Below are positions 33,924-44,790 of a DNA stretch of 64,000 bases, piece after piece. Position 1 is the stretch's first letter. The number at the start of each line of letters is the position of its first letter. The notes beneath the pieces were generated by a model. That model worked only from the letters and a program-made list of their open reading frames with translations, searched no databases and was not told the origin of the DNA. Source of the DNA: Cyanidioschyzon merolae (Eukaryota); the NCBI GenBank assembly GCA_000091205.1, contig AP006502.2; one strand, 5' to 3'. A program made the translations under genes and the position numbers.

Positions 33924-36362
33924 TCATGCGATACTACAGGCACTGCGCGCTCGATTTTGGGGCACGCTCGTCGCGGGCTTCCCTTGCGTCTGCGCAGCGG
34001 CATCCGGCTTGGGGTCCCCGAGCACGCCAGCACGCGCATCCACGAGACCTGCCCGCCTGCCGTCGGCTGCAGGTTCCACATCAGCCACCGCATCCCCTGC
34101 GGAAGGCGGAGGTGTCGCAACTGGCCGCGCTCTGCCACTACGATCGCCAAAGCACTGGCATACCCAGTGAAACCGCTTCCGCGCCACAGACTCGAGATTC
34201 CCGCTGCTGCGCAGCTTGGCAGCATCCAGATGCGCGACGCGTTCGCGGAAGCGTCGACGACGTTCGAGCATCTCACGGGTTGCACGCGCCTGCCGCTCGC
34301 GCAGTCGCCACTGCGCGGGAAACGCAGCACGCAGTAACCCGTCAATAGAGGACGCTCGCCGCTCGCGTTGCTCCGTCCGTGCGCACGCATCCGCAGGAGA
34401 CAGCGCATCGCGCTCGGCGCTCGACACGCATTCCTCGGGCGATGCCGATGCGTGCCTCGCGGCCTGCACCGCTGACGTGTCCGCTGTTTCGCAGCAGTGT
34501 CGGCGATACAGACCCGGCTGACACAACGGGCACGAGAGCGTAGCGCCTTGTAGCTCTGCGGAAAAGCGTGCCTCTTGGATGCAGACCTCGCAGAAACGAT
34601 GTCTGCAGGGGAGCTCGACGGTCTCAAAAAGCATATCCAGGCATATTGGGCACAAAAAGTGCATAGGAACGGATCGCGCAGCTCGGAGAAAAGCTTCGGC
34701 CGTCACCGCCGGTCCAGAGGCAGCCACGTTCGCCAGATAGAAGCGTGTCGCAACCTCGTATGGCGACGATGGATCTGTAGTCGGGTTGTAGGCCGCCAGC
34801 TGCGACTCGAGTTGGCGGGCTAAGAGGCGGCACTCCTCTGCGAAAGGTCGCACACGCCCGCCGGGCGGCAAAGCTGGTAGATGCGCTGAGGGAGCATGCA
34901 AAGAGTACTCACCTGGCGGAGGCACATCGTCCAAAACGTGCCGCAACAGCGTGAGCGCGCCTAACGTGCGCTGATCGCCATCGACGCCCCGACCTGGGGC
35001 ACATGCCGCCGCAGTATGCAGCTGCCCGGTAGGGGCACCACCCAGCGCCGCATCATCCCCGGTCGCAGCTGGTGTTAGGCTTTCTAAGATGCGGTGCAGC
35101 GCCAGAACTGCGCAATCCTTACGGTGGCGTAGATCGGCGAGAAAGCCCAACCGTCTTTGGTCGCACACAAAAGGTTGCTGCACCAGGAATCTGCGAAGGC
35201 GCGTAACCAGCACCAGCGGCGGTGCCTCTTCAGAGGGATCCAGCGCTAGGGCCGAGCTCAGCGACCCGCACATGGCCAACCGTACAGCACGCTCGAGTTT
35301 TGCATCCTGAATAGCGTTCGGGGCGGCGTTGCCAACGCCGCGGGTACCGCCTCGCCGCTTATCAACGCCATCGGCGTCGCTCCTACCGCCGCTGCCGGCC
35401 GGCGTCGCTGACGTCGTCGTCGTGGAGCTCTGCTCGCTCTCACTCTGGCCTGCGCCTTCGAGCGCGTCTTCGCGCACATCCGCAACATCCCAACCATGCC
35501 AGCCGCGAGCCGCCGCTTCGTCCGATGCGATCAGAGCCAACGCCTTGGTGAACTTTTTCAAAATCTTTCCAATGGCAACCTGGGCAATCTGCAAGCACAC
35601 TAGAACCTGCTCCGCCTCCGCGCCCAGCTCCAGCGCGCCACGCACGCTGCTAGATGCTCCCTGTTGGCGCAGCACATCCAGGCGGCACTGCAAGTCAGCT
35701 GTGCGCTCTTCGAAAACTCTTCGAAACGCCCCAATTTCTCGGATAATGGAGTCGAAAAAGACCCAAACCGCATCAAACACCTGCTCGAGGTCACTGGGGA
35801 TCCGACTCAGCTGCAGATTATTGCCCAGCAGCTTCAAATAGCGGGAGCGTCTGCCCAGCGCCTCTGGGGGCACTGATGTCCGATGATGAGCCCTTGGTGC
35901 GTGCTCGTCCATGGTTGCGCGTATGCACCGGACAGCGGCCTTTCCCGCCTTGTACATGGCGTACAGAGCGCGGTATCGATCACCGAGCTCAGAGCGCAGG
36001 TCCGGGAGCTGCGACGCTGGTGCTCGTGGTCCCATCACAGCAGCATCCGGCAGCGGGTCAGCTTCCGGGGTGGTGTCTTCCGCTGGCACCGGTGAAAGCG
36101 AGCGCTGCGAGCTGCCGCGGCCACCACCGGCCCCCGACGAGGCTGAAGTCTCGTAGCCAGCTGAGGAGTCACGGCCGGCATTCTCGGCTACGTCGCACAC
36201 GACCTCAGGCTCGACTTGTCGGTGCCAGTCGGACGCGCGGCTCTTCGGCGCCGTTCCAGGTGCAGGGCGCTCCCGAGCGTCGGGCGCAGTGCCGTCCGGG
36301 CCCACCTGATCCGCTGCCCCGAAAACCTCGTAAAACGCCCGAAGACGGTGACCGTATTTCAT
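33924..36362 (-). CDS. SPX-domain plus C3HC4 RING E3 ligase (NLA/BAH1-like architecture)
   Basis: The N-terminus reads 'MKYGHRLRAFYEVF' and an SPX-like 'AIGKILKKFTKAL' follows. A RING is visible at 'CPICLDMLFETVELPCRHRFCEVCIQEA...SCPLCQ'. It lies in a very GC-rich, Ala/Arg/Gly-rich stretch. Confidence 0.55.
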   Translation of the reverse strand: MKYGHRLRAFYEVFGAADQVGPDGTAPDARERPAPGTAPKSRASDWHRQVEPEVVCDVAENAGRDSSAGYETSASSGAGGGRGSSQRSLSPVPAEDTTPEADPLPDAAVMGPRAPASQLPDLRSELGDRYRALYAMYKAGKAAVRCIRATMDEHAPRAHHRTSVPPEALGRRSRYLKLLGNNLQLSRIPSDLEQVFDAVWVFFDSIIREIGAFRRVFEERTADLQCRLDVLRQQGASSSVRGALELGAEAEQVLVCLQIAQVAIGKILKKFTKALALIASDEAAARGWHGWDVADVREDALEGAGQSESEQSSTTTTSATPAGSGGRSDADGVDKRRGGTRGVGNAAPNAIQDAKLERAVRLAMCGSLSSALALDPSEEAPPLVLVTRLRRFLVQQPFVCDQRRLGFLADLRHRKDCAVLALHRILESLTPAATGDDAALGGAPTGQLHTAAACAPGRGVDGDQRTLGALTLLRHVLDDVPPPGEYSLHAPSAHLPALPPGGRVRPFAEECRLLARQLESQLAAYNPTTDPSSPYEVATRFYLANVAASGPAVTAEAFLRAARSVPMHFLCPICLDMLFETVELPCRHRFCEVCIQEARFSAELQGATLSCPLCQPGLYRRHCCETADTSAVQAARHASASPEECVSSAERDALSPADACARTEQRERRASSIDGLLRAAFPAQWRLRERQARATREMLERRRRFRERVAHLDAAKLRSSGNLESVARKRFHWVCQCFGDRSGRARPVATPPPSAGDAVADVEPAADGRRAGLVDARAGVLGDPKPDAAAQTQGKPATSVPQNRARSACSIA

Positions 36363-37856
36363 GGCTGTGGGCAGCACTAGCGCGACGCAAACAGTGCAGG
36401 CAACAGCTGCTGCAGCGAGCTAGAGCACTCGCGACTGCGCATCGAGGTAGCCCCAACCTAGAAAACCGCACAGAACGTCGCGCCACACACACTGAGCCAG
36501 AGAAAACGCAGCCTCAGAGCTGTACCGCCCTGTGTCCGCACACCAGCTGCTAGGTCCGCTGCAGCGCGTTGCCCCGCGCCTTACCGTAGCCGTCCGATAA
36601 ACGCGCTCGCCGCCAGACGCGCACAAGAAGCCCAAGTCCTCAAGGTGCCGACGTGCGCTTCGCGCTGCTGCTCTGTCTGATTGTTCGCACCGGATACCGG
36701 TGTCAACACTAGCGCTTCGCAATATACCTCCGTGTGAAGACGAACAGCTCCCGACAACTCGCCTCGACTAGCAGTCCAACGTCCACACACATCCAATACA
36801 CTTCACCGCACACAGGTACAGTAATTGGTACGCGTACGTGTCGCGTCTCCCGCCGTGCTCCCCTCGAGGGCAGCGCTTGCATGCGCGCGCTACCGCACGA
36901 TGGACGCGATGCGTTCCTGATCTGCTAGCGTTGCGTCTTGCAGAACGGCTGGCTCACAGCTGGTGGCGAGTCTCGCCACGCAGTGCGATGGGATCCAGGA
37001 GATGCGCATCCGGTGCGCTCGCGTTCTCGAGCGCTGCCGCCTCGGAACGCCGAACCGGGACACACACATCGACTGCGCACGCATTGGAATATTGGTGTAG
37101 GGAACTCTCGTGCGTGTATGCGCATGCAAGAGGCGGTGCCCCGCCGTGGCTATTCATTTACCCTGTCGATGGAAATGCTTTTTTCCGAATGCAGATTTTT
37201 TGTCGGTAATGCACGATAGTGACGCGTGCTGCTTCCCGATTGGATTCGTCGTGACTGCATACCGCGGTGATAAGAAAGTGATGGTGTAGGTATGGAACGT
37301 ACGCGGAGCGCTCTGATGCAACAAAACCTAATTTCATCCACAGGATAGCCGTGATAGATGTCCGGCCTGTAATGGACTGTACCAATGTTTTGTTGCGGGC
37401 ACAGAAGGAGCACTGTGTAGAGTCTCTATGCGAAAGGGTTTCAGTTTTCTCTGGCAGGTTCCAAAGAATTCGGGAGTTTTTGATAAGGTAAACGATCGCG
37501 ATTTGAGATCATCGCAGTCAGTTGGCAGACACCGCACAATGTCAAGCGTATTTCAGAACCGATGCGAAAATCTTCGGAAGATCACTGTACGTCCAGGAGT
37601 CCAGCGCCCTCAAACTAATGTTTTCTGCGGCCCGATCTGCGCTGACAGAGTCTCTTCTCTCAAACGTGCGTGAATGCAAATGCTTCATGCGCAATGCTGT
37701 TTCGGTCAGTATTCTACGCCAAGTTTCCGTGATTCCAATGCTATTACACGATCTTGTTCCCCGAAATTGGCAACAGAATTATCGCATTTACAGTAACTGA
37801 ACATAATCCTGCTCAATATACCCAACTAACTCCCTTGAAAGCATGCAAACGCACTC

Positions 37857-39211
37857 TCACTTGATGACTAAAAACTCTTGTTCGGCAATATTGAATTTGA
37901 TCGCGGCATCCTGCGATTCGCTTTGGGTATGAAGCAGGCGTGATAAAAGCTCATCACCAAGCACTGCGCCACATGTGAAGCAACCGGCCTTCTCCCGTAG
38001 AGCTGGTCTCGCCACAATTAGGCAGCGCGCCGTCTCAACAGCAAGTACAGCTGTGGCCTCGTACATCTCTATCGTGTTGCAGATCGCATGAACACGAACT
38101 CTGGCCTGACGATTGCTTTCTACCAAGCTCACCAACGCCTCAGCAAAGAAATGCACTTCCGCTCTAGTGTGCTTCCGAACTTCTTCGTCAGGCCCATAGC
38201 CGTCTGGTTTCCAGTACTTCAGAATCCTCCGACCGGCACGGCCTGCTTTAGAAAGGGCAAAAACAGTCATCGCCTGGAAGGAAAGTCTAAGCAATGCAGT
38301 TCTCGAGTCCAGAAGGACATAGTGACAGTATCGAGCTATTTTGGCAGACTGCGGATTCTGTCGTCCGAGCTGGCGTGCAGTAGCACGCACAACAAGAGGA
38401 TCTGAGCTCTGCAACGGCAGGGCGTAACCCTCAAGCTCGCCTCTCTTCATGTAATGCAGCCTGGGTTTGATGGGAACAGGCCTATTCTCTTGAAGATGGG
38501 TTTCATTAGCAACGCTCGACTGCGCAAAACGTTGCGATTTTCTCCGACGGTAGCTTGCCATATCCTTCAACGATTCCAAAATAGTGTAGAATGTCCCAGC
38601 ACTGACCCCATGGAGTGATCCTTGCGAAAGCGTACTCTGGCCAATGAAATGAATCAAGCATTCGATGCTTACAAGGGATTCAGCAGTGGGCGTCGCCACC
38701 TCGTGGGCATGCTTTTCCAGCAAATTGCTTACGTGTTTGAGAGAAAAAAGCACACCGAGGTCAGCGGGCACAGAATCAAAACCGCATGCTGGAATGACAA
38801 GCACCCCTGCCTCGACGGCGGATGAAAATACGTCGTTGCCCTCACTGTATGGAATACCAAGCTGGTCGATGAAGTTTGGCTCCCCCGTGATATCCACATA
38901 GTCCGCTCCCCCTTGTATACAGGAACGAACGACGTTAAGGCCAGACAGCGAGAAAGGACCTGCACAATTTAAGAGCACTTTTGTTCTTCTGGCCAGAGCA
39001 CTAGCCCCGAAGTGTCGCTCGAGTCCACACTGAAAATCTTGCACTTGCTGTCCAAGCTCTGGCGGAGAGCTTCCAGTTTTCTCAGGTTGCGTCCCGCAAG
39101 CGCTACTTTATCTTCACTTAAATGTTTGAGGGCATACTTCGCAACAAGCGTACCGGTAAAACCGGAAGCCCCGTAAACAATGATGTCAAACTCTCTCTCG
39201 ACTTGCGACAT
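37857..39211 (-). CDS. Saccharopine-dehydrogenase-like oxidoreductase (SCCPDH family) with an apparent 1-nt frameshift near 38990-39045
   Basis: The N-terminus 'IIVYGASGFTGTLVAKY' is a Rossmann fold. 'KVLLNCAGPF' and 'GADYVDITGEPNFI' follow. The protein is split between ORFs 38969-39211 and 37857-39044, which are in different frames. The alternative frame restores '...RQSPELGQQVQDFQCGLERHFGASALARRTKVLLNC'. Confidence 0.65.
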
Positions 39212-39461
39212 GCCTCAAAAGTGCACCACGATTCCAGAACGCTGCAATAAATGCACTTAGAGGCGGGTCGAGGGGCGTGCGCAGCAAAAGGTACAAGCTC
39301 GGCAGATTTGTTGGCGTAGCGCACTAGACTACCCACTCCTAAGCAATAAAGCTGTTTGTTCTTTATGCGGCCGTAAAAATTCCGCAGCTTGTCGCAGAAG
39401 CCCTAAATCACTCACACGGGCCTCGGAAAACAAAAGTGCTTCCAGGAACTTTGGCTCCAAC

Positions 39462-41087
39462 ATGGAACCCGTTTGCCTCAGCTCTGGGCAACTGATTTCA
39501 GCCAGTGGTGCTTTCCTCGCAGCGCCGGGAACCAACGACGATTTCAAAGCTGAATCCTCTACAGGTACGCTCGCAGAGGACTTGCCTTTCGTTTGTGCAA
39601 TAATTGGGGCGCAGGGGAGCGGCAAGTCGACGCTTTTGAACGATCTGTTTCACACAGACTTCCCAGTCCTGGACGCCTCGAGGACCGGGCCCCGGCGCAC
39701 TACTGAAGGGATCTTTTATGCTTTGTTGCACCTCCAGGAACGCGGCAATTCGCTTCTGATTTTTGATGTGGAAGGATTAGACAGCAAAGAACGCGGATCT
39801 ACTGGTCGACACTTCGAATACAACGTGGCATTCTTTGTTGCCTACACTGCAGATATTGTGATTCTGAACGTGTTCAGTCATGATATTGGGAGGCAAAATG
39901 CCGCCACTTTTCATGCGCTAGTCACTGTTTTGAGGGAAAAATTCAAACTGGTCGAATCCAGTCATAAAAAAGACCGCACGCTTCTACTTGTCGCGATTCG
40001 AGACTTCGATGAGGTCGACGCACCCATAGATGATCTGAAACAAGCGCTCGAAGATGATTTTCACGCTCTTTGGCCCAGTGTTGTACAAGGCAGTGACATT
40101 AAGATGGAAGAACTTTATGATATTCAGTTCTACGGTCTCCCGAGCAAATTGTTTGAAATCGCTAGATTTGAGGAGAAAGTAGATCACATGCGAAAGAGCA
40201 TAATGGATCGATGGCTTCGCACGTCGGGTGGCCTATCCTCGTCATCATCTTTCCTCATGCTTTTCAAAGAGCTGTGGACGGAGATCTCTAATCGGACTTC
40301 TAGTCCTGAGCCATTGTGCATATCCGCAACGGCTTCACTGGTTGAGCTCCTGATTGACCTGCATTGCACGAGAATCATTCAGTACGTAATGGGAGGAGCG
40401 CGCGAGAAAGTACATCGGGCGCTCTCATCTATTCTCGAAAATTTTAGCGATGAAATATCTGTCGCTTCTCTCGCGCTTGAAATTCATGATGAGAGCATTC
40501 TCAAGTACCGCTGGATGGCTAGACACTATGTCCATTCTCCCACCTTTAGCCGGAAAGAAACGGAGCTGCATGGATTGCTGTGGTCACAGCCAGATGGGGA
40601 TCTTGCAAATCTCGTTCGGCAGTACTGGTTTGTCGTCACTGAAAATCGATGCAGGGACTTTGAAGCAGATTTCGCCTCCATTCTTGGAGGCACAGCCGAC
40701 TTTGAGCAGCAAACGCAGCAGCTACGCGGAAAATGGGCCTCTTCGTTGGCAGATTTCTTGCGTGAGGAGTCGCAAAAGCTTAATTCCCTGATGCCAGAGG
40801 TGCAGACGCTCCAGCATACTTGCATGGAGCGCTTCGAGAATCATGTCGGAAGCTGCATAGACGAGAGACGACGCCAGGGAGCTGTGATGTTGCCTACCCT
40901 GGATGGAAATTGGAGGCAATATGGAAAACCTGCTTCCAAAAAGGGAATCTTGCAAAAAATGCGACCCGTCCTGCTGCGCATTCTGGTCATTTACTTGAAT
41001 TACCTGCAGGCGAAGCAACGCATGAAGAGCATCCAATCCCGCAAACGCCGGTGCGACTTGAATATGCCTTTGGGCCCAACGTTCTAG
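39462..41087 (+). CDS. RHD3/Sey1 (atlastin-like) dynamin-superfamily GTPase, 541 aa, apparently lacking the C-terminal TM hairpin
   Basis: 'FVCAIIGAQGSGKSTLLNDLFHTDFPVLDASRTGPRRTTEGIF', 'LLIFDVEGLDSKERG' and 'ADIVILNVFSHDIGRQNA' match the Sey1/RHD3 G-domain. Confidence 0.7.
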   Translation: MEPVCLSSGQLISASGAFLAAPGTNDDFKAESSTGTLAEDLPFVCAIIGAQGSGKSTLLNDLFHTDFPVLDASRTGPRRTTEGIFYALLHLQERGNSLLIFDVEGLDSKERGSTGRHFEYNVAFFVAYTADIVILNVFSHDIGRQNAATFHALVTVLREKFKLVESSHKKDRTLLLVAIRDFDEVDAPIDDLKQALEDDFHALWPSVVQGSDIKMEELYDIQFYGLPSKLFEIARFEEKVDHMRKSIMDRWLRTSGGLSSSSSFLMLFKELWTEISNRTSSPEPLCISATASLVELLIDLHCTRIIQYVMGGAREKVHRALSSILENFSDEISVASLALEIHDESILKYRWMARHYVHSPTFSRKETELHGLLWSQPDGDLANLVRQYWFVVTENRCRDFEADFASILGGTADFEQQTQQLRGKWASSLADFLREESQKLNSLMPEVQTLQHTCMERFENHVGSCIDERRRQGAVMLPTLDGNWRQYGKPASKKGILQKMRPVLLRILVIYLNYLQAKQRMKSIQSRKRRCDLNMPLGPTF

Positions 41088-41576
41088 TTTGAGTGGTTGC
41101 TCACACAGACGGGATCCACACGGGGTATTTCGAAAGAGGTTGCTGTCACCCGCGTTCACTAAACAGGATGCAGTGCACAGGACCTGAAAGTTTTGCATCG
41201 ACCAAGATGAACAAGCATCTTATCTGTTGATATCGCTGCATGCTGGAGGTCTCGCGAGCTTGCAGCATCGAACCAAATGGCACTGACAAAATGAGCCGAA
41301 TGTCGATATGCTCGACTGCTGAATACCTAAGGCCGTAAGCAAACTTTGGAGCTCGATGGTATCGATTGCATTATTTCTTTGCTTTTCCGTCAATAGAGCT
41401 CCAGTTTATTTGCGTGCGGGATACAAACATAGAGTGGGTCCGGAGCAGAATTTCTAGAAGACCCGTATATGGTCCGTAGCGCAATTACCTGGAAGCGCTT
41501 CCTGTGAAAGTGATGAGTCCTTTTTGCTGATGATGGTTACGTGATTCCGAGCAACATATCCATATGAGATTTCTGA

Positions 41577-41885
41577 TCACAGGAAGGTTCCTGTATGACG
41601 CAAAAGCGGACTCACGAGAAATACCGTGTCGCCGCGGACGTAAACCAGCTGAAGCTTGCGTCTCTCCTGTCTCACGATCTGCTCGTAAGTCTCCTCATCA
41701 AGTTCAGCTTTTTGTAGCGTTTCCTCGGCATCGCTTATAATAAGGTTCAGGTGCTGATCGTACGCGTGTAGAGTCCCAACGAGTTCTCGATCACCTTTCA
41801 GTTTAACGAACACCCTTTCGTCAAGGGCTATCCGAAGCAGCTCCACGGGCTCCTCTAATTGCCCTTTTCCGACAGTGAACGACAT
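41577..41885 (-). CDS. LSM3: Sm-like protein LSm3
   Basis: 'PVELLRIALDERVFVKLKGDRELVGTLHAYDQHLNLIISDAEET...LQLVYVRGDTVFLVSP' is the Sm1/Sm2 fold and is LSm3-like. The ORF extends to 41972. The likely start is 'MSFTVGKG'. Confidence 0.75.
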   Translation of the reverse strand: MSFTVGKGQLEEPVELLRIALDERVFVKLKGDRELVGTLHAYDQHLNLIISDAEETLQKAELDEETYEQIVRQERRKLQLVYVRGDTVFLVSPLLRHTGTFL

Positions 41886-43966
41886 GGCACGCTTCCAGCG
41901 CAACAGAGAACCGCCCGCGTATTGACTGCTACGAAGTTCTTTGGCCGTGGAACGCCCGCGGTACTTAAACACAATTTGGCCCCACCGCTGCGTGGAATCG
42001 AGTGCTTGTCCAAAGCGAGGAGCAAGCGATCGAAATTATTATGCAACGTACACTAAAGATCTTAGGCGAGATCCCTGTAACATAGGTTCTTTATTGGATA
42101 GCGAAGGAGGACTGCATTCCTCCTTCTGGTAAGTCATACGACAGTACTCGGATAGCTGAGGAACCCTGAAAGAGAAAAATACGTGCGCTCAGCGCCAAAA
42201 ACCGGATTCTCATAAACAGTTTTGGTTTTACAGTAGAAAACGACCCGTTGATCACAGTGCACAAAGCAAAAGTGACGACGGTAGCCACCAGGGGCGTCTC
42301 TTTTTCTCGACAGCTTGTTCATATAGTTCTGCAAGCACTAGGATATGGTCGCAAAAAGGGTCCAATTTCATGCACGGCCATCTTCCACTGAAATCGCAAG
42401 TACAGATTTCCTGGAACGAAGCGATTGGTTTGAAGCACGGAGAAGTCGCTTTGTTTTTTCAGTCGATTAGACGTCCTTCCGATGAAATGGTCGAAGCCAA
42501 GGTAGGTTCTCGCGGAGCAGAGAACACGTTCTATGTACAATAGATCTCGAGGAGAACGAAGACGTCATCATCGGTTCTAGCTGCAGTGGAGTCATTTGGC
42601 GGCCTCAGTTTCGCTCGCAGAGAATGCTCGTCCACGAGTGCCGACTTTATCGAATCGTTGAAGACTTTTTCCCTGATGTCTGACAATGCCCTTCTGTTTG
42701 AAAATGCGATATTTCACCATTCCCTTTGTGTTCGACGTTTTCCAGACTCTATCGGGGAGTAGAACTGCTTCTCATACCTCCGAAAGCTCAGTGTTTCAAC
42801 CGCATCGAAAGAGTGTTTGCTATCGTGATATGTAATGATCGCTCCTCTGAGAGAATCCCTGAAGTACTTTGCACGGTGACACCAGGACATGCGTCGTTGT
42901 TGTTCCGCAAGTGCTTCTCCCTCTGAAAAGATCCTCATCTATGGGCAAAAAGAAGTGAGTTCATTTTCAAAAATAGAAAAATGAAGGAAAGTTATGGATA
43001 TGTAAGTCGAAGATACTGGAGGCCCGGCGTTGCCGGGATCCAACAAACGAAAAGAGTGCCGAGCCCAGAGGAACAGGAAAAGACGAAGAAGCAAAAGGGG
43101 CGCTAGATGTCGAGAGCGACACGATAGGGGACACTACGACGAGATTGTACTGAAAGCCTATCTTGTACGCCATATCAAGGATTCGCACTATCAAAAATTA
43201 AAAAAGCCATCAGAAACCGTAGCCCGTCCAACTCCAGATTCGTCGACGAAGAGACATCACCCAGGAGCACGAATGGAGATTCTGTGATCCGTGCTGTTCT
43301 GGGGCTTATCAACCCAACAGAAAATGTATCAGAGATATAAAATGGTGCTATCCCCTCATCCTGCTCTATTTCGTGTTCCTGAACCGAGAACTACAACGCA
43401 AGAAGGAGATGGAGCCGTGTGGGAAAAAATCAAGAGTCGTTGGAACGGAAGGCTTTCCTAATGGATAAGCGCTTCAACGTCGTTCCGTTATGCAACATCA
43501 AGTGGCACGTTGTGGCAACCATCGCAAGCGTCCTTTACGGCATCATGGAGATCTGTCCGGAGTTCGATGTAAGCAGGGATGAATTTACGGGTGAAAACAG
43601 GGAAACTCTTTGGAAGCGCACCTTCGATTTCAAACGTCTCAACACGAGCAAGTGAAAGGTATGCTCGGGGACGATCGAAAGCGATGGGGTATCTAAATGT
43701 GGACACTATTGGCACTTTAAATTGGATCGTTCTATTTTGTCTTCGGCTTCGCCCCCGCCGAAACGTGAAGACACAAGGAGATGGATCCTGCAACGCAGGA
43801 GGTGCAGGAGAACGACTTTGTCATCGGCGTGGAGCCCTGAAATACGAATGTCATGACCATCGCTGCTCCCATGCGTGAGGAAGATGGCACTGACGGCAAC
43901 TTACGACAAAAAGACATCCGTCTTTTAAAGTTCTCAAGAACGAGATATTATTGAGAATCGGGAATT

Positions 43967-44718
43967 ATGAATGCATGGAAAAAAAGTGAGGCATGGAGTG
44001 CAGGAGTGAAGGAGCATCGGGAAGCGATCAGCCGGGTGACGAGCCGCGGAGCGCACTTTCAAACTTCTCGTGAATTCATGAAAATTCGCGCTGCTCATGT
44101 CGCGGAGCTGTGGAGAGAGTATACAAAGTCCCGGTGGGCTCGTCAGCATATGAATCTGTATTGCTGGAAACAGCGTGCATTCGCAAAATTCTTCAATGCG
44201 TTGTGCGCTCTCACAGTTGATAAGAGTCAAAGGCTCGAAATAGCATAAACGCAGGGCCCTGTGTGCCCAGAAAAAGGAGCACACAAGCTTTGTCGAAATG
44301 AACATTCATGGATGGCACCCAGTGTCTTGTTCCGGTACGGATAGATGAATTCCGAACGTCATACGTGCACCATGAGCTGGGGTGTACAATTCAGAAGGTC
44401 GAGATGGAGCGAAGGCAGAGGAGCCCTGATGAGATAGAAAAGTACGGAGAGCTGAAAGATCATCGAACGGCGCAGAGGGCGCGAGTTCGAGGAATCCCTG
44501 CGTGAATGAGTTCCACCGGAGGCAATAAGCCAATGGAGTTCGTGAAGCGAGACTTAAACGCCGCGATCAATATCAGAAGATGTGCCCTGCTGAAGACGAG
44601 ACCTGCAGAGCTGACGCGATCCAAGTTTATGGGGCAGCCCCTTATGCCCGATACGTGCAGGAAGCAGCTGAAGCTGATGGCAGGGAGCCGATCAGAAAAG
44701 GCCGGGAGGCGCCTGTGA
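43967..44718 (+). pseudogene. TnpB/Fanzor-like relic, family II (Zn-finger region degraded; RuvC-III and tail retained)
   Basis: 'VRIDEFRTSYVHHELGC' resembles V-x-P-x-YTSQ-x-C-x-x-CG with its Cys residues lost. After a frame change comes 'EFVKRDLNAAINIRRCALLKTRPAELTRSKFMGQPL...KLMAGSRSEKAGRRL'. Confidence 0.5.
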
Positions 44719-44790
44719 GGGGGTGTGAATTTACCCCACATGGTCCTGGGACATTTTTTCTTTTACTGAGGATACTATATTTGTTTCAAA

